From Sedimentisphaerales bacterium (GTDB lineage: Bacteria > Planctomycetota > Phycisphaerae > Sedimentisphaerales > Anaerobacaceae), in the NCBI GenBank assembly GCA_963708075.1, contig OY970194.1, forward strand, positions 3,584,001-3,648,000: DNA of 64,000 nt. Direction: 5' to 3'. The notes beneath the pieces were generated by a model. It saw only the letters and a program-made list of their open reading frames with translations. It was not told where the DNA came from and did not search any database. Numbering within the stretch: position 1 is the stretch's first letter; each line of letters begins with the position of its first letter. The position numbers and the translations under genes are program-made. Positions 42,220 through 51,887 of this stretch are shown here, piece by piece.

Positions 42220-44421
42220 TTACTTGGCCGGAGGTCTCTCGAAGGTGTTCCAGGCGACGCCTTCCGACTTCCACACCGCAGGCTGGCGCTCCAGCGTCAG
42301 TCTCTCAGTTTCGCTCATGGTATAGATGTGGCGATTCAGGCTGGCGGACCAGAAGCGATAGACGGGCTTTGTCCCGGCGGCCTTACTCTCCGGCGGGTAG
42401 GCGTAGAACACGATGCCTTCGTACTTCCACACGGTAGGAAAGTCGCGAATCAGTGAGGCCTTCTCAGTCTCGCTGATCGTGTAGAAGTATGCGTTATTCT
42501 TCGCGGAATAGAAGCGGTAGATCGGCGCCAGATTGGGATTGCCGGACTGTTGTCCGCCCTGATTCGTCAGTAATTCGAAGGCAAGGTCCCACTTGGTACC
42601 CCTGGGGTACTCGACAGACTCCCCCGCCAGCCAGCGGGCGCCGATGACCGGAGGCCAGGAGCCGGTGGATGAGCTGCCGGCGGCGACCTGTGAGACACGG
42701 GCTGCGGCGTTGTTGAAGGAGTACGGCCGGGTCGTCCAGCCCCATGGATTCAAAGGCGTGGGTGCACCCGTGTCATAAACGGCGGCGATGCTCAGCCAGT
42801 AAACGGTGGGCACCGATGCGCCGGTGGACCCGGTTGTCGGACTTTGATAGAACCATTCGTCCTGAGACAGCAGGCAGGTGAACTGGAAGCAGGTTTCGCC
42901 GCGATTGATCCCCCGCGGGTCGTCATCCTGCCCCGCCAGGTTCCACGTCCAGTGCGTACAATACGTCTCCCAGAGGAGGGTATTGGGGTGATTCGAATCG
43001 GCGGTCTTTCCGGGCGCATCCGTCCAAATGCCGATATGGAAAGCCAGCGGCTGCACGGACGGCAGCATGGGCTTGGTCCAGCTCTGGAAGGAGCCCCACC
43101 ACTGGAACCCCGTGATCGGCCGCTCATCGGTGCACTGCCAGTCATCGGCGTTGATCTGATGCAGATGCAGGCCGGAGACCTCGTCCCATCCACGGAATAT
43201 GAATGGCGTGGCGGCATCGGAACTCTGGGCCGGCTGGCTCCATTTGAGACCTCCCTTGCCGGCATTGGTTTGCGGCTCAAAGTCGCGCACCGCGGAAACC
43301 TTGTAGTCCTCCACCTCGCCATCCTGCGCCGGACCATAATAGGGCAACAGGCCCCGGGTGTTGAAACGGAACCTTGCATAGGTATCGCCGGGGGCAACGG
43401 TTGCCGGAATGCGGAAGGAAAGGTGGTTTACGCCGCTCCTGAGCAGCACATCCTCGAATATCTGCTCATCCCTGCCATCGAAACTGCCATCGCCGTCGAA
43501 ATCCATCCACGCATTCAGATAGCCCTGGACAGAGGCCGTCACGTCAATGGTGGCGGTTTCCCCGGGCGACAGGCTGCTGGTGAATTGAACTCCATCCTCG
43601 TCGTCGCGATCGTCGTCATCGCCGGTGGCGGACGCGGTCGGCCTGCCGTTGGACTCGGTGTCGACGCCGGCTCCCAGGTAGACCCCGGCGGAGACCAGGT
43701 GCCGGGCTCCATTGCTGGCGAGGGTAGTTCCATAGGAATCGGGAGCATCGCCATAGTCCTGCTGTGTCGGCTGCTGGGTGCCTCCGTCAGAGTCGCCGCC
43801 TTTGGCCCGGCATTCGCGCATGACCCCGCGATGGATATCGACGTTCCTTCCGCGGATATCGATCGAGACCCAGTCCGGGTTGTACTGCCCGATCGTAAGC
43901 TCCTTGTTTGGCTCCACGGATCCGGGGTTCTCCGGATTTCCTAGGAATACACTGTCGAGGGCCTGGAACTCCTCGCTGTCCATATACTTGGCTTCATCGC
44001 TTTCCGTCGGCGCATCGTCCGGCAAGGGGGGCCGGTTGCGGCCGAGTTGGGACCACTGCGGCGTAGCCCAATTGAAGCGGACATCGAAAGACACGCTTCT
44101 GGCGTAGTCGTTAGCCGTGATGAACACCCTGTAATATAGCAATCCTTCCCGATCGGGGCTGTACGGCTCGTTGTAGAACCACTGTCTCCAGCATCCGCTG
44201 GCAGGGTAATAATACCACGTGCCGCCGCCGTAACCGTCGCCCTCGCCCTGCACGTAGTCACCATTGTGATCCAGGACAATGCGGAAGAAAGAGCCCGGAA
44301 ACGCGCTCGGGTCTATCTCGAAGATCAAGTCGCGCGAATCGGCCCGGGCGGTGGAGCAGAAAAACGCGAGAATGAGGAACAGCAGCCATATCGGCAGTGG
44401 TCTGGATTGCGACTCGTTCAT
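42220..44421 (-). CDS. Secreted GEVED-domain protein with C-terminal P(I/V)YRF(Y/W) repeats (DUF5648-like)
   Basis: RBS AAGGAG; signal peptide MNESQSRPLPIWLLFLILAFFCSTARA; DYGDAPDSYGT, YLNAWMDFDGDG, TYARFRF, GEVEDY; two P(I/V)YRF repeats. Confidence 0.85.
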   Translation of the reverse strand: MNESQSRPLPIWLLFLILAFFCSTARADSRDLIFEIDPSAFPGSFFRIVLDHNGDYVQGEGDGYGGGTWYYYPASGCWRQWFYNEPYSPDREGLLYYRVFITANDYARSVSFDVRFNWATPQWSQLGRNRPPLPDDAPTESDEAKYMDSEEFQALDSVFLGNPENPGSVEPNKELTIGQYNPDWVSIDIRGRNVDIHRGVMRECRAKGGDSDGGTQQPTQQDYGDAPDSYGTTLASNGARHLVSAGVYLGAGVDTESNGRPTASATGDDDDRDDEDGVQFTSSLSPGETATIDVTASVQGYLNAWMDFDGDGSFDGRDEQIFEDVLLRSGVNHLSFRIPATVAPGDTYARFRFNTRGLLPYYGPAQDGEVEDYKVSAVRDFEPQTNAGKGGLKWSQPAQSSDAATPFIFRGWDEVSGLHLHQINADDWQCTDERPITGFQWWGSFQSWTKPMLPSVQPLAFHIGIWTDAPGKTADSNHPNTLLWETYCTHWTWNLAGQDDDPRGINRGETCFQFTCLLSQDEWFYQSPTTGSTGASVPTVYWLSIAAVYDTGAPTPLNPWGWTTRPYSFNNAAARVSQVAAGSSSTGSWPPVIGARWLAGESVEYPRGTKWDLAFELLTNQGGQQSGNPNLAPIYRFYSAKNNAYFYTISETEKASLIRDFPTVWKYEGIVFYAYPPESKAAGTKPVYRFWSASLNRHIYTMSETERLTLERQPAVWKSEGVAWNTFERPPAK

Positions 44422-44613
44422 GAATAAGCTCCTTAAGGCAGTTTTCCTTTGGGTGATGTCCCATCCATGGCAAGACGCGTTCTGCTGTCCGAACACACAT
44501 CCTGTGCGGAACGCCGGTATGGAATCGGCGTTTGACTGACCCTCCTCCAGAAAATCAGTGGCACATGCGCGAGACCTCTCTCCGTAGGGGTCCTCCAACC
44601 GGCTGGTGCCGAT

Positions 44614-44642
44614 AATATACGGCGACAGCGATTGGAAATCAA
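44614..44642 (-). promoter_or_regulatory. Putative sigma-70 promoter for the GEVED gene
   Basis: Minus strand TTGATT-N17-TATATT. Confidence 0.55.
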
Positions 44643-45114
44643 GTGCCAGGAACGCACTTTTGGTAACGGAAATAACCGGAAATCCGGAAACTTTTCTGGA
44701 GCGACCCTCATGGCAAAGGCGAGGCCTCCGGACGCGATGCAGGTGATGTCGGCCATCAGCAGATGCTTGGGTGCCCAAGGCTGCCACACGTCCGAAAATA
44801 TGATTCCAACTGGACTTACGAGTGCTGACGGTGTAGATTGAAGGCATCCTGCCCCACTGGCGGCCGGCCGACAGAGGAGCAGCATCGCTCTCGGGGGATG
44901 CTTCCCTTGGTTTATCAGTTCGCAGTCAGGCATGATATAGAGATGCCCGGGCCGGACAGTATTTCTGTGTCTTGGATACGAGCGGATCGGTACGCAACAG
45001 CCGGCCTGCGGAAGGTCCGATATGCAAGTGCCCGCAAGGGCAAACGCAGTACGGGTCTTGTGCGTACGTAGAAGATCGAGCGGCTGAAAGCCGCGGAGAC
45101 AGAAGGATGTGACT

Positions 45115-46047
45115 ATGCGAGTGATTATCGCCGGAGCTACGGGCTTCATCGGCCAGGCGCTATGCCGGGAGCTTCGCGGCGACTATGAGCTTGTCGCTCT
45201 GACGCGGGATGCCAGGCGAGCCGCCTCTGTTATGAAGGAATGCGCAAAGATCGTGGAGTGGGACGCCAGAACCACCAGCGGCTGGGCGGGCCAGGCGGAA
45301 GGCGCCTACGCCATCATCAATCTGGCCGGTGAGAGCCTGGCGGAAGGCCGTTGGACGCCGTCGCAGAAGATGAGCATTTTGCAGAGCCGAACCAACAGCG
45401 CCAACGCGATCTCCGATGCGGTCGAAGGGGCCAGAAACAGGCCTGGCGTGGTCATCCAAGCCTCCGCCGTGGGCTATTACGGCTCTCGCGGCGACGAAAC
45501 GCTCACGGAGGATTCGCCGCCCGGAGACGGCTTTCTCGCCGAAGTATGCCGCAAAACAGAGGTGATTGCGGCGAGAGTCGGCCGGCAGAACGTCCGGCAC
45601 GTGCAACTCCGTTCGGGTATCGTGCTGGCGCAGGAAGGAGGTGCGCTGCCGCGGATGATGCGGCCTTTCCGCTTCTTTCTTGGAGGATGGGTAGGCAGCG
45701 GGAGCCAATGGCTTTCGTGGATCAGTCTGCAGGACGAGATCCGGGCGATCCGGTTTCTCATGGAGAACTCAAGCCTGCAGGGGCCGTTCAACCTCACCTC
45801 GCCCAGACCGGTCACGATGAAGGAGTTCAGCCGGATCCTGGGGCAGGTCCTTCGAAGACCGGCATGGACGATGCTTCCCGCCTTTGCCGCACGTCTAACG
45901 TTCGGCGAGATGGCCGACGAGGTGCTCCTCGCCAGCCAGCAAGCCATCCCCAAGCGACTTCAGGAGGCAGGGTTCAAGTTCAGCTACGTCGATTTGAGAA
46001 ACGCTTTAGAGGCGATTGTTCGAGGAGAAGAACATGAGTCTGGGTGA
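45115..46047 (+). CDS. TIGR01777-family (YfcH-like) NAD-dependent epimerase/oxidoreductase
   Basis: IAGATGFIG, IINLAGE, QASAVGYYGSRGD, GSGSQWLSWISLQD, GPFNLTSP. Confidence 0.9.
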   Translation: MRVIIAGATGFIGQALCRELRGDYELVALTRDARRAASVMKECAKIVEWDARTTSGWAGQAEGAYAIINLAGESLAEGRWTPSQKMSILQSRTNSANAISDAVEGARNRPGVVIQASAVGYYGSRGDETLTEDSPPGDGFLAEVCRKTEVIAARVGRQNVRHVQLRSGIVLAQEGGALPRMMRPFRFFLGGWVGSGSQWLSWISLQDEIRAIRFLMENSSLQGPFNLTSPRPVTMKEFSRILGQVLRRPAWTMLPAFAARLTFGEMADEVLLASQQAIPKRLQEAGFKFSYVDLRNALEAIVRGEEHESG

Positions 46048-46423
46048 GTACTTCGAGAATGTTGAGGGTATCGGAATTCTGAGCACGGCGGATGCCGAGG
46101 GTAACGTGGATTCGGCCATCTTTGCACGTCCGCACGTCGTGGACGAGGATACAGTGGCATTCATCATGGGGGACCACCTCAGTCACAGCAACATCGAGTC
46201 GAATCCGCACGCGGCGTATCTGTTCCTGGAACAAAGCCAGGGCACAGGCGGGGAAGGATATAACGGTCTGCGGCTGTACCTGACCAAGACGGCAGAGGAG
46301 ACTGATCCGAAGAAAATCGAAGCGATGCGACGAAAAGAGCGGAAAGAGGAGAGCTACGGCGGCAAAAAGAAATTCCTCGTGCAGTTCAAGGTCGATCAGG
46401 CACGCCGCCTTGTCGGGGATTGA
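46034..46423 (+). CDS. Pyridoxamine 5'-phosphate oxidase-like FMN-binding protein
   Basis: GILSTADAEGNVDSAIFARPHV, SHSNIESNPHAAYLFLE; RBS GAGGAG. Confidence 0.8.
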   Translation: MSLGEYFENVEGIGILSTADAEGNVDSAIFARPHVVDEDTVAFIMGDHLSHSNIESNPHAAYLFLEQSQGTGGEGYNGLRLYLTKTAEETDPKKIEAMRRKERKEESYGGKKKFLVQFKVDQARRLVGD

Positions 46424-46485
46424 GAGCCAGCGTAGTCGGACACGCCTTGCCGACCACGGCTGAGAGACTATCTCAAAGCGGCGAA

Positions 46486-46710
46486 TGTCATTGCGAGTCG
46501 GTCAGCCGCTGCGCGGCGGGTGCCAGGAAGAACCTGATGGTTTGGGTGCCATGCTTACGCTCGCGTAAGCATGCCTTGCCCATCGAGTGGAACATGTCTA
46601 CGCAAGCGTAGACATGGCACCCGGCCGGTCAGTTTCTTAGGAGGAGCGCAGCGACGAAGCAATCTCAATCCCAGGGGGTGGGAGATTGCTTCGCTGCGCT
46701 CGCAATGACA
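46486..46710. repeat. GTCATTGCGAG-type REP-like pair with a nested insertion containing GGGTGCC repeat copy 2 (46544-46622)
   Basis: Left arm is split: TGTCATTGCGAG (46486-46497) ... GAGGAGCGCAGCGACGAAGCAATCTC (46641-46666). Right arm is GAGATTGCTTCGCTGCGCTCGCAATGACA (46682-46710). Confidence 0.75.
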
Positions 46711-46902
46711 AGTCAGAGTCGGTTTTCGGATAGTTTCCAAGCATTTCATATCTCCCGGGGGCAGCGTTTCACGTCCTCTTGGGGGTCGAACGGGCCGTCG
46801 TTCGGGATTTTCCTGCGGTTTCGAGGCTGACCTAACCTGTGATTTTTGCGCGGCTTGCGTCACGGTGCAGCTTGCGCCGGGCGCAAATATCGCGCCCGGG
46901 TG

Positions 46903-46931
46903 TTGACAACGGACGCGCCATCCCTTATAGT
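46903..46931 (+). promoter_or_regulatory. Sigma-70 promoter of rex
   Basis: TTGACA-N17-TATAGT. Confidence 0.8.
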
Positions 46932-46945
46932 AGCCCGGCCTTGTT

Positions 46946-46963
46946 TTGTGAATGTGAACACAA
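46946..46963. promoter_or_regulatory. Rex operator
   Basis: TTGTGAATGTGAACACAA, 12/14 match to TTGTGAA-N4-TTCACAA, lying between the promoter and the rex start. Confidence 0.75.
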
Positions 46964-46988
46964 GTACGAAGTGTTCGTAGTGCTGGAC

Positions 46989-47633
46989 ATGCGGTATCAC
47001 AGAATTCCGGATGAAACGGTTCGGCGGTTGCCCGTGTATTTGCGAGGCCTGATGGTTTCTGCAAACCAGGGCGAGCGGTATATCTCCAGCCAGGCCCTGG
47101 CGGATTTCGTGGGCGTGAACTCCTGGCAGATCCGCAAGGATTTCTCATACTTCGGCGACTTTGGCACGCGCGGCGTCGGCTACGATATTGAGAAGCTGGC
47201 CAGGGAAATCAAGAAGATCCTCCGCCTGGATGTGATCCGCAGGGCCGCTCTGATAGGCGTGGGCGATCTGGGCTCGGCGCTGCTGGCGTATCCGGGTTTC
47301 GGCGTATACGGTCTGGACATCGCGGCCGCCTTCGATGTCGACCCGAAGAAAATCGGCACGACGATGAACAACGGGATCACGATCGAGGATTTCGCCCGGA
47401 TCGATACGGTGAAGGAGCGTGACATCAGCCTGGCGATCATCGCGGTCCCCCGTGCGGCGGCGCAGCCTGCCGTCGATAAACTCGTGGCCACCGGAATCAA
47501 GGGGATTCTGAACTTCGCCCCGTGCAAGGTCAGCGTCCCCAAGCGGGTCAAAGTGATCACGCTGGATATCGCGATGGAGTTGGCTCGTCTGCCCTACTAT
47601 ATTCCTCGGGCCGGGCGGACGGAGGAGCCATAG
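46989..47633 (+). CDS. rex: Redox-sensing transcriptional repressor Rex
   Basis: IPDETVRRLPVYLR, QIRKDFSYFGDFGTRGVGY, IGVGDLG, GIKGILNFAP. Confidence 0.96.
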   Translation: MRYHRIPDETVRRLPVYLRGLMVSANQGERYISSQALADFVGVNSWQIRKDFSYFGDFGTRGVGYDIEKLAREIKKILRLDVIRRAALIGVGDLGSALLAYPGFGVYGLDIAAAFDVDPKKIGTTMNNGITIEDFARIDTVKERDISLAIIAVPRAAAQPAVDKLVATGIKGILNFAPCKVSVPKRVKVITLDIAMELARLPYYIPRAGRTEEP

Positions 47634-47638
47634 CGGCC

Positions 47639-47717
47639 GAGATTGCTTCGCTACGCTCGCAATGACATAGACAGGTACTGTATGTCATTGTGAGGAGCAC
47701 AGCGACGAAGCAATCTC
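47639..47717. repeat. GTCATTG(C/T)GAG-type REP-like pair (second locus)
   Basis: GAGATTGCTTCGCTACGCTCGCAATGACA ... TGTCATTGTGAGGAGCACAGCGACGAAGCAATCTC. Confidence 0.8.
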
Positions 47718-47796
47718 CGGTCACGCGATTTGCAGGATGAGGTTGTGCGTAATGGTCGGAAATGGTTTTTGAGGCTTTTGGAGCCGGGATTTTCGC

Positions 47797-48831
47797 ATGA
47801 GTGTAAAGAAGATAACGAAGGATGATTTTGCGAAGTTTGTCGATGCCTTGATCAAGACGGAGAAGACCATCGGCGTGCAGGCGAAGGGCGACCGGTTCGA
47901 CTTTGCCCCGCTGGAATCGGCGAAGGATCTGCGTCTGGACTATGACGTGACGCTTCAGCCGCCCAAGAAGTTCTTCCTGCCCCCGGCGGAGGTGCTCCTG
48001 ACGTATGAGGTCGGCGGCCCCTACCAGTCGCAATGCGGCGCCGAGAAGTTCATCCTCCTTGGCGTGCATCCCTACGATGTGATCGCCATCAACCAGATGG
48101 ATGAGCTGTTCCGGCAGGACAACTACGACACGCACTACATGACGCGCCGGAATAACGCAACGATCATCGCCTGTGACGTGGCCAGAGCGTCCGACAACGT
48201 CTTCGCATCCTCCATGGGGACCGCCGTCGCGGAGGAAGGTTACGACATTCTGCTGACGGACATCGGCGATGCCTACGTGGCGGAGGCCGCGACACCGAAG
48301 GGCGAGCAACTGTTGGCCAAGGCCAAAGGCGCCCCGGCCGATGCGAAGGCCCTGAACAAGAGAGAGGACGTCTGGGCCCGCAACAGAAAGTCCCTGAACA
48401 AGCACGAGCTCAAGTGCGATCCCGCCTATCTGCCCAAGCTTCTTGCCAAGGCATACAAGCATCCCATCTGGGAGGAGAGGGCCAAGACGTGCTTCTCGTG
48501 CGGCTCGTGCAACCAGGTCTGCCCCACATGCTACTGCTTCAACGTGCAGGACGACGTGAGCTGGGACCTCCAGACCGGCCAGCGATCGCGGGCCTGGGAC
48601 GGCTGCCTGCTCGACGGATTCACCAAGGTCGCACCGGCCCATGAATTCCGCAAGGCCAGGGCCGACCGGTTCAGGCACCGATTGTACCGCAAGGCCAAGT
48701 ACGTCCCGGAGAAGATCGGCGGCCAGATCGCCTGTGTCGGCTGCGGACGCTGCATCGGCGCGTGCCTGCCGGACATCGCGAACCCCGTAAGCGCATACAA
48801 CCGCCTGATCGATGACCTGGGGATCGGCTGA
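47797..48831 (+). CDS. hydB: Group 3b [NiFe]-hydrogenase (sulfhydrogenase) beta subunit, 4Fe-4S dicluster
   Basis: CFSCGSCNQVCPTCYCF and CVGCGRCIGAC; AsrA/HydB-like PPKKFFLPP. Confidence 0.88.
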   Translation: MSVKKITKDDFAKFVDALIKTEKTIGVQAKGDRFDFAPLESAKDLRLDYDVTLQPPKKFFLPPAEVLLTYEVGGPYQSQCGAEKFILLGVHPYDVIAINQMDELFRQDNYDTHYMTRRNNATIIACDVARASDNVFASSMGTAVAEEGYDILLTDIGDAYVAEAATPKGEQLLAKAKGAPADAKALNKREDVWARNRKSLNKHELKCDPAYLPKLLAKAYKHPIWEERAKTCFSCGSCNQVCPTCYCFNVQDDVSWDLQTGQRSRAWDGCLLDGFTKVAPAHEFRKARADRFRHRLYRKAKYVPEKIGGQIACVGCGRCIGACLPDIANPVSAYNRLIDDLGIG

Positions 48832-48836
48832 AAGCA

Positions 48837-48916
48837 ATTGATGATGGATGATTGATAATTGATGATTGGTCCAGTGGCCAGCATCAATAATCAATCATCA
48901 ATAATCCATAATCAAT
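48837..48916. repeat. Inverted heptamer arrays (ATTGATG)n ... (ATCAATA)n
   Basis: About five units on each side of a short spacer, inside the hydrogenase operon. Confidence 0.8.
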
Positions 48917-48928
48917 AGGAGTCCACTA

Positions 48929-49768
48929 ATGTGTGAGTGTTGTACTCAAAAGAAAGACATCTACCTGCCGCAGATGGCGACCGTCGACGACGTGAGCCAG
49001 ATGAACGTCACGGAGAAGTACCTGCGGCTCTCCATGGATGACGGCCAGTTCGATTTCATTCCCGGCCAGTTCGTGGAGGTCTCGATCGCCGGATTCGGTG
49101 AGGCCCCGATCACGATCAGCTCGTCGCCGACGCTTGCGGACAGCTTTGAGCTGGTGGTTCGCAAGATCGGCCGGGTCAGCGGCGCCATCCACGGCCTCAA
49201 ACGCGGCGACAAGCTCGGCATCCGCGGGCCGCTCGGCAAAGGCATCTATCCCGTGGACGAGGCCAAGGGCAAGAACCTGGTCTTCGTCTGCGGCGGTCTC
49301 GGCCTGGTGCCGCAGCGGTCGTTCATCAACTACGTGCTCGACAATCGCGGCGACTACGGCGACGTGGCCATCCTCCAGGGAACCAAGTCCTACGACATGC
49401 GGCTGTTCACCTCCGAGATCGAGGCCTGGAGCAAGCGCGGCGACGTGCAGATCCTCGAAACCCTCGATGAAGGCGATGCACGCTGGAAGGGCAACGTCGG
49501 CGTCGTGACCAAGCTGGTTTCCAAGGTCGAGACCGATCTCAAGTCGGCCACGATCCTGGTCTGCGGCCCGCCGATCATGTACAAGTTCGTGCTGATGGCC
49601 CTGGCCGATCACAACGTGCCGCACGAGAACATCTTCCTGAACCTCGAACGGAAAATGAAATGCGGCGTAGGCAAGTGCGGGCATTGCCAGATCAACAACG
49701 CGTATGTCTGCATGTCCGGCCCGGTGTTCCGATATTCTGATTTGGCTTCTCTGCCGGAGGCGATTTAA
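48929..49768 (+). CDS. hydG: Group 3b hydrogenase gamma subunit (FAD/NAD(P)-binding, 2Fe-2S)
   Basis: PGQFVEVSI, GIRGPLGKG, GGLGLVP, CGPPIM, ERKMKCGVGKCGHC...C. Confidence 0.9.
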   Translation: MCECCTQKKDIYLPQMATVDDVSQMNVTEKYLRLSMDDGQFDFIPGQFVEVSIAGFGEAPITISSSPTLADSFELVVRKIGRVSGAIHGLKRGDKLGIRGPLGKGIYPVDEAKGKNLVFVCGGLGLVPQRSFINYVLDNRGDYGDVAILQGTKSYDMRLFTSEIEAWSKRGDVQILETLDEGDARWKGNVGVVTKLVSKVETDLKSATILVCGPPIMYKFVLMALADHNVPHENIFLNLERKMKCGVGKCGHCQINNAYVCMSGPVFRYSDLASLPEAI

Positions 49769-49770
49769 CA

Positions 49771-50523
49771 ATGGCGAAACCCAAAATTGCGATATTCGAT
49801 TTTGCCTGCTGCGAAGGATGTCAGCTCCAGATCGTCAACCTCGAAGAGGAGATTCTCAGTCTCCTCGGAGGCGCCGACGTCGTGGAGTGGCGCGAGGCAA
49901 TGAGTGAAAAGAGTGACGAGTATGACATTGCCATCATCGAAGGTTCGATCACCCGCCTGGAGGATGAGGAGCGGATCAAGATGATCCGAAGCCGGGCCAA
50001 GGTGCTGATCGCCCTGGGTGCCTGCGCGGTGATCGGCGGGATCAATAAGCTCAAGAACAACTTTGACCTCGATGAGGTCAAGAAGTGCGTTTACGGCAAG
50101 GCGGCCGGCAAACCGCACCTGAGAACGGGTCCGACCAAGGCGGTCGGCGAGGTCGTGCAGGTGGACTACGCCGTGCCCGGCTGCCCCATCGACAGGAAAG
50201 AATTCACGTACATCGTGCGATCCCTGCTGATGGGCAAGAAGCCGGAGATTCCCGATTACCCCGTCTGCGTCGAGTGCAAGGCCGCCGGCAATCCGTGCCT
50301 GTGGCAATACGATCAGGTGTGCCTCGGGCCCATCATCCGCGCCGGCTGCGGGGCTCGGTGCCCGTCGAACGGGTTCCGTTGCTTCGGCTGCCGGGGCTAC
50401 GTCGATAATGCGAACGTAGACGCGGCGAAAGATGTCATCACCCGGTACGGCCTGAACATCGACGATCTGAAGACCAAGATGGTTCTCTTTGGCAGCAAAC
50501 AGGAGCCGACGATCTATGAGTAA
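49771..50523 (+). CDS. hydD: Group 3b hydrogenase delta (small) subunit
   Basis: CCEGC, EGSI, LGACA, PGCP, VCVEC, CLGP...GCGARCP...CFGCRG. Confidence 0.9.
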   Translation: MAKPKIAIFDFACCEGCQLQIVNLEEEILSLLGGADVVEWREAMSEKSDEYDIAIIEGSITRLEDEERIKMIRSRAKVLIALGACAVIGGINKLKNNFDLDEVKKCVYGKAAGKPHLRTGPTKAVGEVVQVDYAVPGCPIDRKEFTYIVRSLLMGKKPEIPDYPVCVECKAAGNPCLWQYDQVCLGPIIRAGCGARCPSNGFRCFGCRGYVDNANVDAAKDVITRYGLNIDDLKTKMVLFGSKQEPTIYE

Positions 50524-51826
50524 AGGCACAGTCAGTATAAACGTACATCACGTGACCCGCATCGAAGGGCACGGCAATATCGTTCTCAACGCCAAGAACG
50601 GCAAGATCGAGAAGCTCGAGTGGCAGGTGCCCGAGGCACCCCGCTTCTTCGAGGCCATGATGCGCGGACGCAGCTACGAGGACATCCAGACCATCGTCAG
50701 CCGAATCTGCGGCATCTGCTCGATCTCCCACTCCCTCGTGGCGACCAAGGCGGTCGAGAACGCCATCGGCGTCGAGGTCACCGAGCAGACGGACAAGATT
50801 CGGCTGCTCATGCACTTCTCGGAGCAGTTCCAGAGCCACGTGCTGCACGTCGGCTACCTGGTGGCCCCCGATCTCTTCAACGCTCCGTCGGTCGTGCCGC
50901 TTGTGGCGAAGGCCCCCGACGCGGTCAAGACGATCATTGGCCTGCATCGCCTGGCGAATGAATGGTCCGACCTGATCGCCGGGCGGACGACGCACCCGGT
51001 GACGCTGCGTCCGGGCGGAATGACGAAGATCCCCACCGAAGCACAGCTTCGTGACCTGCAGGACCGGCTCAAGAAGTGCATGCCGGCCGTCAAGGTCGTG
51101 GCCGATGTCGTGCTTTCCGCCGCCGGCGCGCTGCCGAATTTCGAGCGGCCGACCGAGTACATCTCGCTCAAGCAGGGTAATCCGCCCACCTATACCTTCT
51201 ATCACGGCGAGATCGGCTCGACCGACTACGACAGTACCGTGCCGGTCAACGCGTGGAAGACGGTAGCCAATGAGTACGTGAACGATCAATCGACCGCCAA
51301 GTGGACAAAATGGCATCGCGATTCCTACGCCGTCGGGGCGCTGGCCCGGTTCAACAACAATGCGGAGATGCTGTCGCCCACGGCCAAAGCCGTCGCGAAA
51401 ATGTTCGGCCTCAAGAAAGGCTGCTGCAACCCCTACATGAACAGCGTTGCCCAGCTTGCCGAGGCCGTCCACGTCGTGGAGACAGCGATCCAATTGATCG
51501 ATGAGCTTCTGACGACGGGCTTGAAGCAGGAAACGGTCCGGGTCAGTCCGAGGGCCGGCAAGGCCAGCGGCGCCGTCGAGGCGCCTCGCGGCATCCTGTT
51601 CCATGAGTATGAGTTCGATCGCAAGGGCACCTGCGTCGGCGCGGATGTCTGCATTCCGACGAATCAGAATCATGCGAATATCCAGAAGGATTTTGAGAAG
51701 CTCGTGCCGGAGATCCTTGACGAGAGCGAGGACTCCATCCGGCTGAAGCTGGAGATGCTGGTTCGCGCGTACGACCCATGTGTGTCCTGCTCGACACACA
51801 TGCTGGACGTGCAGTTCGTTAAGTGA
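50516..51826 (+). CDS. hydA: Group 3b [NiFe]-hydrogenase alpha (large) subunit
   Basis: TRIEGHG; L1 SRICGICSISH; EAPRG; L2 RAYDPCVSCSTH followed by a short C-terminal tail. Confidence 0.95.
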   Translation: MSKGTVSINVHHVTRIEGHGNIVLNAKNGKIEKLEWQVPEAPRFFEAMMRGRSYEDIQTIVSRICGICSISHSLVATKAVENAIGVEVTEQTDKIRLLMHFSEQFQSHVLHVGYLVAPDLFNAPSVVPLVAKAPDAVKTIIGLHRLANEWSDLIAGRTTHPVTLRPGGMTKIPTEAQLRDLQDRLKKCMPAVKVVADVVLSAAGALPNFERPTEYISLKQGNPPTYTFYHGEIGSTDYDSTVPVNAWKTVANEYVNDQSTAKWTKWHRDSYAVGALARFNNNAEMLSPTAKAVAKMFGLKKGCCNPYMNSVAQLAEAVHVVETAIQLIDELLTTGLKQETVRVSPRAGKASGAVEAPRGILFHEYEFDRKGTCVGADVCIPTNQNHANIQKDFEKLVPEILDESEDSIRLKLEMLVRAYDPCVSCSTHMLDVQFVK

Positions 51827-51887
51827 AGTTTGAAGTGTGAAGTTTGATGTTTGATGTTGAAAATCAGAAATCAAAAATCAGACTTCA
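51824..51887. repeat. Heptamer arrays (TGAAGTT/TGATGTT)n ... (AAATCAG)n
   Basis: Begins at the large-subunit stop codon and overlaps the 5' end of the protease gene. Confidence 0.65.

Noticed and set aside
41422..42456. ORFs over the array (41422-41982, 41976-42437 and antisense ORFs) as real proteins
   Set aside because: Repeats are read in inconsistent frames and no domain is recognisable; not listed as CDS.
44422..44847. 142-aa N-terminal extension of the GEVED protein in the ORF track
   Set aside because: The signal peptide, RBS and a promoter at 44614-44642 point to the ATG at 44421.
45036..45095. c-di-GMP-I riboswitch (GGGCAAAC...)
   Set aside because: Lacks the GAAA-tetraloop stem and the GACGCAAAGC/receptor elements. 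The similar GGGCAAACC at about 33397 fails for the same reason.
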